A stretch of 64,000 bases of DNA from Balanoglossus misakiensis (Eukaryota; Animalia; Hemichordata), in assembly GCA_040954595.2 (NCBI GenBank), contig CM082595.2, positions 2,296,635 through 2,360,634 on the forward strand, written 5' to 3'. The position numbers and the translations under genes are program-made. The notes below the pieces were generated by a model. That model saw only the letters and a list, made by a program, of their open reading frames with translations. It was not told the DNA's origin and ran no database searches. The first letter of the stretch is position 1. The number at the start of each line of letters is the position of its first letter. This document shows, piece by piece, positions 54,801 through 64,000 of this stretch.

Positions 54801-57800
54801 TCTGGTTGCATATAGCATAAACGCAGCTCGGTGTACCCGAGCTCTGGGGTCGTTAAGAGGTCAAACCACACCTGACAATGCGTTCACCTGCTTGGATCCG
54901 ATTCCATTATGTGTGATTGAAGAAAGTGGGTGGGGCGTGCTTCTATTGTGCGTAGTTGATCTCCCCACGCGCATTATTCGAGACAAGAGATCGACTGAGC
55001 AAGCATAATGAAAGTGGGATTCTCCTGGGGTTCCGTAATGGGGTGAAGATTGAATCTGTGATAATACCAGACTTTCTATTTTGGGCCAGATAGTGATGTG
55101 AAGAGTAGTCGATGATGGCCTAGCAGTGCACACACAAGAACAGAATTCAGGGGTGGCTTTGTTGTTTTGGCAGTGTTTCTGCAGGGCACTGCGTTTGGAC
55201 TGTAGAGTTCATTAAAGAGACAAAGTTGCTTGCCTTTGACATTATTTGGGTTATTATATAAAAAAAGCGTGTTTGTTATAAGGATTCTAGTAAATCAGCA
55301 AGTCCCAAGACTGGGAATCTTTCATGCTTGGCGTAGTCAGAAAGCAAAGCCTGCAGCCATGTTTAGTTGTCCATTGTAAAAAGCACACAGTGCGATACAC
55401 TGGGTTTTCTGTGTGACATAGGTGCCACCCTTCCCACGGGATTAAAGCAATTACAATTACTGTCAGGGTTTTTCATGTGGAATGGACTAATTGAAAAATG
55501 TGTGCGTCTGTGGATAAGAATGCTCAGTAGTTGTGATTTAGAACAGTGATACCTCTGTCGCCTTTATATATGTTCAGTTCAGTGTTGAAACAAAGGGATT
55601 ATTCAAATCACAGTATATGTTGAGAGGAGGTTTGCTTCAAACATGACGATTCCAAGGGTCAGGAAAAGGTGTTCGGTATAGGTATCTGGATATAATCTTA
55701 TAGTTGTTAACACATTGATTATAATTCTCAGTAATTATTGTCAATTTCAGGAAAAAGAAAAGCTGCAATCTCTGTCAGAGAAGCTGGAAAGTTACTCGAT
55801 CAACGGGATACCAGACATGCCTGATCTACTGACATTTCACAGACACAAAGAAGACAGTGATGGGAATTTGTATGCTTTGGTAGGTCTATAATAATAATAA
55901 CATTTGGTGTTATACTGGCATGGACATTGGCATTGTTCAATTTCTCTCAGAGCGAAAGAAACTGCCCTCTAGTGATGACTCTAGTCAATTCTGTAATGTA
56001 TAGAATTCTATAGGTATCCTATAGATTTCTGTATAGTTTTGGATCCTATTTCTATTGAATTCTATAGAAATGCCATAGAATTTCTTAGAAGATTTATCGT
56101 AAGGGGATGTGGGGCCTTTTAATTCTTACGATGTACTGCAATTTGTTGACAGGGTGCGTGGACAGATGTGGTGGATGGGGTGGAAACAATGACAAAGAAA
56201 GAAAGAGACCAACAAGAAGCAATCTGGGAAATCCTAGTGACAGAGGTCAAATATATCAATAAGTTGAAGGTCATCATGGAGGTGAGATCATGATTTTTAT
56301 GATGTTGACAAAGAGAGATTCTTGACCGTGAAACTCCCTTCACGTAATTTCAAACACACTGAAAGAAAGTATGTCAGAGTTTTATATTAGTATATTAATC
56401 TTCTGTGAGATGTACTACCTGTAAGTTTCACCATATGAAGTAAAGCATTATTGAGAAACTGATTTGTTGTTGTACTTTGCAGGTTTTCTTCAGCACGTTG
56501 TTAAATCTTCAAGAAGAGTGGCTGTTGAATGAGGTAAGTTCATATGTTCTTGGAAAATCCCAGAATTCGAGACCACTTCTTGGAAAATGAAACTTACTCC
56601 GGGACTGCCATAAAATGTTGATGATTGCATAAAACTTGACAAAAATACTACATGTTCACTTTATGTTTTGTTTCTTTATAACCTAGATTGATTCTGAAAA
56701 ATTGTTCAGCAACCTACAAAATTTGCTCGATGTCCATGAAACTTTTTGGCGAGAAAACCTAGTGAAGATTGTTCAGAAAGGTCGACAGACTAGAGAACCA
56801 CTCTCCCCAGAATTAGTGGCAGAGGCATTTCGTAATGTAAGTTGAATATATTCACTGTGTCTGAGTCTTTTGGTTATTTTCTCAGTACTTTTCTTGTTTT
56901 CTTGTGGAAATAATAGTTGGCTAAACTATGGTCATGAAAGGGTGCAACTTTGGTGTCAAGTCGATGACCCAAAACTAAGTGACATACTTAAGGTATAACA
57001 TCCCTCCAGCTCTTCAAAATATCATCGATATCAGTTTTACAATGACCAACTTCAGGATGGCGCCAGACGCCATGTTTTATCACCGCACATTATGGCACCT
57101 TATCTAATCTGTCTTGTAATGATGAGTGGGGTCATCGTGACCTCTGGGGATGTGACTGTCATGAGAGCGTACTGAGATGGCATAGAATGATAATGGCATA
57201 TGATGTCATTGTTCAAAGAAAAAGAAAGCCTTATCTTCATGGAGCATTTTGTTGTTTCAACGTGTGATATTGTGTGCACATCACCAATGATATATTTGCC
57301 CTGTGTCGATCTCTACTCTCTTACAGTTTGAAAAAAGATTTGGTGGATATGTGAAATACTGCATAGAAGAATACTCCTGTGTTATTTACATGAAGGCACA
57401 AATGAAGGAAAATGAACTTTTCAAAGTTTATGTTGAGGTAAGACAGTGATATGAAGGCTCAGAATGATAGTGAATGAGTTGGTGCAAATGAATAAATGAA
57501 TCCAGTATTATACGGCTCAACTGATTGGCTGAAAAATGCAAAGTAAGCAAACTGACACAGTATGCAACTTTTACACATTTCTGTTTTAGTTGGTGTTTTT
57601 GTTCGGGAACATTTTGTGTCACTTCTGTTAAAGCATGTTTTCATGATTTTGTACTGTCTTCACAGTGGGCTGAAAATCAGAAGAGATGCAATCGAATGAA
57701 GCTCGGCGATCTACTTGTGGGTCCAATGCAACGACTTACAAAGTATCCACTTCTTCTCAAGGCAGTTGCTTCCAAAACAGAACCGTCACAAGCCAAAGAT

Positions 57801-60784
57801 GCTCTATCCACTGCAGTATGTATTCTCTCTCATCTCGTCACTTCTTTTGTCAGCCTGAATATGATATCTCTGGTCCACAATCGAAAAAAAACATTTTTGA
57901 TTTTTTCTCTCACTCTCATTAATCTTTCAGATCAAAGATGTGGAAAAATTCATCTTCAAGATCAACAGAGCTCTGCGATTAAGACATGAACGGAAGAAAC
58001 TGGAGGCCATTCAGAGCAAAGTGGAAAACTACGATGTCATAGAATCAACCAATGAAGAATTGAGTAAGGTGGGTCATGTGATGCTTCTTGCCCAATCGGT
58101 GTTGCAGATGTGTCAGTGAGATGTGTCACATGATGTATTTTGTCCAATCAAGGGAGGAAAGAAAAGAAAAGAATTCAGGGATTGTATGTGAACTAGTCAA
58201 TTGCTGAGATCAAATAGGCATATTTACCGGTAACCGGGTATTGTCTACATCACTGGATTTGTGATACTAAATCTGCAATGTGTTCATATTTTATTATTCT
58301 ATAATAGAATCACTTTTTGTACTTTGATTTCAGTTAGTAGATGAGTACATCCACTTCAATCTGTGTGCACCAATGCCAGGTGTCAACCCAACAGAACAAC
58401 GACTGCTTCTTCACGACGGAGCGATCAGACTCAAAGATCAGGAAGGAAAGGTCAGTGATTTGATGAAATTACTGTGGAGTTGCTCTTGTGAAAAGACAAA
58501 ACCCTGGCAAAACTCCCGGAAAGTCGTAGAATTCCGAGAGTGTGTGAACCTTGTAATAATATCTGTATCATTTTGATCACTTCAGATTGACATCCTTGCG
58601 TTCCTGTTCACTGATATGTTGCTGATCACTAAACAAACCAAGAAGGGTGACAAAATCAAGATTGTCAAACCGGCAATGAGGATAGACAGAATTGTTACCA
58701 GAGAGCTCAAAGATGGAAGTAAGTATATACAATGCATGTCAGAATATTTCTGTCATTTTTGAACTAGCAATATAGAGTACCAACTCATCTAGCACATTTT
58801 GAAAATCTGAGATCAACTTTTCAAATCATCATCCTATAGAATGAATCATGATCCAAAATTCATAGAGCCAATCATATTGTGTTTTACATATAATTCATGT
58901 TATTTCCCTCGAAAGGTGGCTTCTCATTGGTCTACTTAGATGATTATGGTCTAGCCTTGTGGGCCTATTCGTTACAAGTCGCTGGTGGTGCTGACCAGAC
59001 CAGAGTTTGGCTTCAAAATATTTACAAAGCAAAGGTAAGTAGCAAAGACATTGATTAAAAATTTACTTTTTTTGAAATTATGTAAATATGTAATCATCAT
59101 AGTTACTAGCATAGTCTTTGAGTGACCATGCAGTGGGTACTTTTTTGCATGGCTGGCCACCCACTGAAAATATGTAAATATTTTCAGCTGTCAGTGGTAA
59201 CTTGAGACATACATGTAGGTGATCGTATATCTTTTACATGTGTTTTACTACAGCATTTATACAGAGAAGCAGTGAAAAGACACAGAGTTGCCAACGCTTT
59301 GCGTATGACATCTGACAACCACGAAACCAGCGAAGACGAACATGGGAAAATCAGCCCACGGTCGCAGATTCAGGTTCCGGAAGTTCGCATCAGCAGACGA
59401 CGGAGTAGTGGTTCTGTGGCCAGTAGTGGATCACCGGCATATCAGTCCAGACGGGGAAATACTGAAAAGTCTAATTTTTTGGATATTAGTGAGGACAGTG
59501 GTAAAGTTTGGGACGGTGTCAGTCGCGATAAAAGTAAAACTGTTCCAGACGGGAGCCAAGTTGTGATTCAGAGACGGACCCCAGTGCAGTTGACTCGCGG
59601 GTCGCGCCCGGCCTCCATCAATATTCCAATTGCAACACTGCCTACATCGCCAGATTCCAGTCAACCATCGAGCACAGAGAACAGTCCCCGGCTGCCATCG
59701 AAAGGATCGGTTTTCTCAAACATGACAGGATTTCTCAGGTTGAGTCGATCGGTGTCGGATCGCGCCACAGGCAAGGACGCAGGGGAGAGGAAAGCATCGA
59801 AGAAGTCCATCATCAAGAAACGGATGTCGTGGGGACCGAGCACGCGAGAGGCGGAGAACCTTCTGGAGCAGTCGCGGAGACCTGACCGGAAAAGGGAATC
59901 AATGTCCCGCATTCTGGAACACAAAGCTGTGTCACTGATGGATATTTCCCATCTTGAATCCGCAGACAATTCTGTTAAACTTGAAAATGGCATCAACCAC
60001 TCTGTCAGTATGGAGTCATTGCCGCACGACAGAGTGGATTCATGGATGTCCTCGCCTGCGAGATCAAAATCTGCGTCGCCGAGGAAACAGTCGACAACAG
60101 ACGCCGATAAACATGGAAGCCCCATGAACGGTCTCAAAGTGTCGCCACGGCGATATGCCTCAGAAACTGCAATACCTGACAGAGTTCAAACTTCAGACGG
60201 ATTCACAAGGAGTTCCCAGAGCGTGAGTGACTTAGCGGGAGAAGAGAACGATGTGGGGCAAGTGAGGTCAAACAGTTCTGTGAGGTCAGATGATTCTGAA
60301 AGGGGATCACATGTTTTTGAGGAAGAAAGATCAGGTGATATTAAAGAATTGAGGTCACGGGACAAGGAGGAAACACAGTCAGATGAATCAAAACAAGTCG
60401 GTTTGTGTGACATACAAGAAAGATCTGATGCTACAGAACCTGAGTTAAAAAGTGACAATTCACCAGACTCACTGCCTAAGACACCAGATAACACTCCAGT
60501 TGGATTTCTGTGTCAGGATGACGGCATGAAAGACGGGATCAAATCCGTCAAAGTGAAGGAGTATGGCAAGAAAGGAAGCCGACGGAAAATGAAACATTCC
60601 GAGATCGTCCGCCTTCGGAAAAATCTCATCCTCACAGCCACTACTACAGCATCGTAAGTATATGTGTCCATTTTATGTTTTCAACTCACCACACACATAC
60701 CAAACAGTGGCCTGGCACTGCCTAAAAATATTATTTATAATTGCTGATTTCTATGTGATTTTCATTTGTTTCAGGGAAGTTTGA
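42886..60784 (+). CDS. PLEKHG5: PLEKHG5 (Syx/GEF720) DH-PH RhoGEF, exons: 42886-42898 (tentative), 48887-48948, 49171-49300, 50110-50248, 50795-50870, 52162-52272, 52799-52890, 53035-53171, 53267-53382, 53861-53998, 55751-55879, 56153-56281, 56483-56533, 56687-56836, 57327-57437, 57666-57815, 57931-58068, 58334-58450, 58586-58718, 58916-59034, 59254-60653, 60775-60784 (about 1216 aa)
   Basis: N-terminal Zn-finger-like CHHPEC...[22 protein letters not shown], then RSVSTRSCP and RRHHTD. RBD-like region FSLKFD...[29 protein letters not shown] domain [22 protein letters not shown]...[24 protein letters not shown] domain [11 protein letters not shown]...RELKDG. C-terminus [17 protein letters not shown] resembles vertebrate PLEKHG5 (…STLTASEV). 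Phases are consistent; total 3651 nt. The first exon is uncertain. Confidence 0.92.
48702..48745. repeat. (TTTG/TTTA)n microsatellite
   Basis: Direct reading. Confidence 0.85.
50043..50074. repeat. (TACTG)6 pentanucleotide microsatellite
   Basis: TACTGTACTGTACTGTACTGTACTGTACTG. Confidence 0.9.
51884..52075 (+). repeat. Dispersed repeat fragment (copy 2), probable non-autonomous DNA transposon
   Basis: TTAAGGTATAATGCGCTTCGAAAATCAAAGTCTT…TTTGCTCAAGGCA…GTCACCTTGCAAAATTT…TTCAAAATGGCTGCCA. The last block recurs at about 32343-32358. Confidence 0.7.
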
Positions 60785-60986
60785 CAAGGTGGACGTGTGC
60801 GCGATGTCATTCAGCAATGGCTGTCTGCAGATGCGGTTGGTGTATACTCTCCCGATATTCATACCCCAGTACGCGACATATTTTGTTACAATGTATCATT
60901 ATCAAGAGAAACCAGATGGTGTTATAGATGAAGACAACGAATCTCTCATGTAAGTGTGCATATAAACAGCAGTCTGCTATACAGTT

Positions 60987-61022
60987 ACAGACAGACAGAC
61001 AGACAGACATGCAGACAGACAC
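60987..61022. repeat. (CAGA)n microsatellite in the PLEKHG5 3'UTR
   Basis: ACAGACAGACAGACAGACAGACATGCAGACAGAC. Confidence 0.85.
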
Positions 61023-62043
61023 ATACACTTGTCCACACATACACACACTATACAGATCTCAGGAAATCAAAACAGACTTGATCTTTCTATGTCAATTATC
61101 CAATGATACAATAGCTTTATCAATCAAATGACAGAAATTACTCTGAGCAGACTGAAATACTGGAGTAAGCTTTATCAACATAAGTGAGGGGAGTTGTCTC
61201 ATGAGAGTATAGCTCCCAAAACTGTAACCTTGACCTTTATAAAACTAATCATTTCACAATGAATCTGTGAACTTTAACAAAACCAAATCGATTTGAGTAA
61301 TTTTCCAAATGTATCTCTTCTTCACCTTGATTTCTCAGTCACTTAACAAAACCAAAAGTGTACCATTTTATGAATTATGCAGTTTGTACTTAAATGTAAA
61401 TGTTTGTATTTTCTTTGATAGATGTATTTTGCACTCCAAGAAGGGGTGATAGAAAATTGTACGTAAGTGACACACGTCATGACAGCTTATGCCATATTTA
61501 AACCTACTGCTATCAATTTTCCTTTTCTGTAATATGAAACTTTCAAGGGACACTATCTGTAACTTCTGGCTATATTTTAGTATGTTTTTTAGTATATTTA
61601 ATTAGTGGCAAGTTCTCGAAGTAAAAATAGCAGTCTAAAAAAAGTTGGCATGTTAGAAACTTGATCATGTGTCATGAAACACTGGAATGTAAAATAATCC
61701 TCATACTCAGAAAGGCCAAAACATAACCTGAAGTACATGTACACAAGATGGCATCGCTACTTAAATTCCTTTCCCGCCGGAGAATTTTGATCACAAATTG
61801 TATCATTCAGAAATTTAAACACCTATAAATACATATCTTACAATCAGAACATTGAAATTGCAATACTATCAAGACCAAAATATTAAAAAGAACATATTAT
61901 TATAATAGAGGATTATGTAAATATACTTTCATATTGATGCACAAGTATTTCTGAAACTTTTTGAGTTATTGTACATACATGTTTGAACTTACAGGAAGTG
62001 TTGTATTATGAGTTCTATGGGTGAAATGTCATTGTTTCATTAT

Positions 62044-62062
62044 TTTATTCACATTGAATAAA
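62044..62062. terminator. Back-to-back poly(A) signals (AATAAA on - at 62049-62044 and on + at 62057-62062) for the convergent CRT-like and PLEKHG5 genes
   Basis: Sequence TTTATTCA-CAT-TGAATAAA. This is the first canonical AATAAA I found downstream of each stop codon, with U-rich sequence after the + signal. Confidence 0.5.
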
Positions 62063-62414
62063 GAGTGCACATCTTTTTTGAATAATTGGCGTCTTGGATC
62101 CTTTTTCAACATTACTGAACCACTATATTAACTGACAATCTGTCAGTTGTTGTCTTGTCAAATCAAGACACTGTTACTTGCTGGTTGGTGTAAAAATTTT
62201 AGTCGAGTTGCAGTGACCCAGGTCATACTGACAGATCAGCCAATCGGTGGCTGTTTGACAGCAGCTCGCGATCGTCTCGAGACGAAGCGCCCTCAGCGAC
62301 CAAGTAGTGATTTTTGGACTTTTTCAATAACGTTTTCAATAATGGGTTTGGCAGTCAAACTTTACTGTAAACAAAGACCATGATGTATGCTATTTTCATA
62401 CTTTTAAATAAATC

Positions 62415-63544
62415 CTACTCCACTTGAATTCCAACTTTGTGTGTTAGCGTTTTTTGTTCCTCTTGGTCTCCAAAGTATCGGTACATAACAACCGCGGGCA
62501 TCATTATGCCAAGTCCTACCAATGTAAAACCTGTTGCAAGGTCAAACACTGGATTCCAGTGAAAATAAGGTTGAGGTGTGAATAGCGTCCAGAAGAGCGC
62601 GGCTATTGGCGTATTCAACGCCTGGACGACGACAAGGTACACCGCTCCGTCAGCGAAGCGGATCAGAAGAAAGTTGAAGAGGTAAGTCATGACGTAACTG
62701 ATGATGAACACCCACTGCCGACCAATGATATCGCTGCATGTCGGATCAGCGCCATATTGGCACTTGAATCCCTGCGACAAGTTTGCCCAAAACTTTGCCG
62801 GAGAATCGGCCTGCAAAAACAAACAAAACATTCATGACATGCACGTTTTAGATGTAACTTTGGGATTTAGTTTCGCTATTTTTGATCTGTGTATCCAAAA
62901 CAGTTTCTTGGTCTACTCAAAACAGTACATGTATGCTAATATTATATTACCCAGCATTCAACGTTATAATTATAACCTGCACATGCGTAACAGCCATTCG
63001 TCCGCTGTCATGGTTACGCAGGTATAACTACGCATAACTCACCATGCCAAATCCAGGAATGAAATCGGTCCAGAATAGAAGCAAAACTGAGGTCAGTGTG
63101 TAGACGTTCAGCCAGGCATTTACTAAAGCCGCCGAAGTCTGTGAGTTCAAGAAAACGACATTACGTAAGTTACCTTTCGAAATCCAATTCTTGCTATAAA
63201 CATCTTTAACATGATTCAGGTAACTAATCATACGACATGGACGTCAAAAGTAGCCCGGACCAGGGCGTCGATCTAGTTTCTTTGCGACGCCCTGGTCTCC
63301 GGGCTACGTCAAAAGATACTCACCTCCTGTTCTTTGACACGCTCTAACACCACATTCATGATAGCCAGTGGCAGGAATCCGAACAGAAATGCGCACGGCC
63401 AGAGAATTCTTTCCGCTGTTGTTCGCTTGTTAGTCCCACTTCCGGTATCGTCAGCGTGATCGATGTCGAAAATGACGGGCTCCATCGAAATAACTAATCC
63501 TACCATCACAATACCAGTGCAAACCAATCTTCGTATTCCAACGC
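62415..63544 (-). CDS. CRT-like (chloroquine resistance transporter homolog, DMT superfamily) membrane transporter, 3' part; exons 63544-63324, 63138-63043, 62810-62415; 5' exons lie upstream, probably beyond the window
   Basis: Spliced translation: GVGIRRLVCTGIVMVGLVISMEP…WPCAFLFGFLPLAIMNVVLERVKEQE|TSAALVNAWLNVY…FWTDFIPGFGM|ADSPAKFWANLSQGFKCQYGADPTC…FLLIRFADGAVYLVVVQALNTPIAALFWTLF…GLGIMMPAVVMY. It has multiple TMs and a Cys-paired luminal loop typical of CRT/CLT proteins. Splice sites are canonical GT-AG. Confidence 0.78.
63242..63315. mobile_element. 56-bp foldback mini-element (63251-63306) with a 9-bp target-site duplication CGTCAAAAG
   Basis: TAGCCCGGACCAGGGCGTCG-[14 nt]-CGACGCCCTGGT(CT)CCGGGCTA, flanked by direct repeats CGTCAAAAG at 63242-63250 and 63307-63315. 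Confidence 0.75.
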
Positions 63545-64000
63545 CTGTAGTTCAAAAATATATAACGATTTATATTATGTAAATGTATAGCTTTTCTCAC
63601 AGAAAAATTTTAATGTGTTTTTGGTAGGCAATCTTCCAATGCTAACAGCTTTTAATAAATTTCTTTCAAACAATCAAAATGTTTCGATATTTCTTGTTTA
63701 AGCGGTTCGGGTTCCACAGCGATTAATTTGACAATTTAATTTCTCATTGTCAATCCGAGCTCAAATCTCGGGGAGCTATTTTCTTCATTATGATTTAAAA
63801 AGTAGGTTATTATCACATGATTTGATATCTTATGCAAGTATGGGAGGATTGGAAATTGGAAGTGTATACTTGCAAATAGAACGATATCTTTTCAGTGTTT
63901 CTGGTTTATGTTTCCAAATCTAATATTTTCTTGCCTTTCCTCAATATGATATATCTGCTGACCACGGTGAAGGGGATAACAGAGGTGCTGAGGATGGCTT

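Noticed and set aside
55643-55675. Possible internal first exon [11 protein letters not shown] spliced to 55751
   Set aside because: Weak donor (GTATAG) and no independent support.
55985-56106. TCTATAG-rich quasi-palindromic stretch
   Set aside because: Low-complexity intronic repeat remnant; no clear termini or second copy in the window.
59272-60657. 461-aa Ser-rich ORF as a separate gene
   Set aside because: It is the large penultimate exon (59254-60653) of PLEKHG5, in phase with the PH-domain exons.
1-64000. tRNA, rRNA, snRNA, CRISPR arrays, autonomous transposon or RT ORFs
   Set aside because: I recognised none by eye; no regularly spaced repeat-spacer array and no transposase or RT motifs in the ORF track. 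Small ncRNAs could have been missed without covariance searches.

Overview
Intron-rich animal genomic DNA with GT-AG splicing, no operons and no CRISPR. The gene set and repeats suggest a non-vertebrate deuterostome such as a hemichordate, but this is inference. Bases 1 to about 11.8 kb contain no intact CDS. Seven genes follow: GLCE (heparan-sulfate D-glucuronyl C5-epimerase, 3 coding exons, +), a single-exon LRR transmembrane receptor without TIR (-), GOLIM4 (19 exons, +), an intronless class A peptide-type GPCR (+), an orphan 294-aa ORF with two hydrophobic segments (+), PLEKHG5/Syx RhoGEF (about 22 exons, +), and the 3' three exons of a CRT-like transporter (-). I assembled the exon chains by hand; phases are consistent and lengths divide by 3. 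The most notable observations are: (1) the terminal intron of PLEKHG5 could switch the C-terminal PDZ ligand on or off (TASEV* versus TAS*); (2) four consecutive 63-nt phase-0 coiled-coil exons in GOLIM4; (3) a palindromic back-to-back poly(A) signal between the convergent PLEKHG5 and CRT-like genes; (4) a non-LRR 'island' in the LRR receptor; (5) an 85-bp TTAA piggyBac-type MITE family and a 56-bp foldback element with a 9-bp TSD. I found no evidence for a wholly new multi-gene system.
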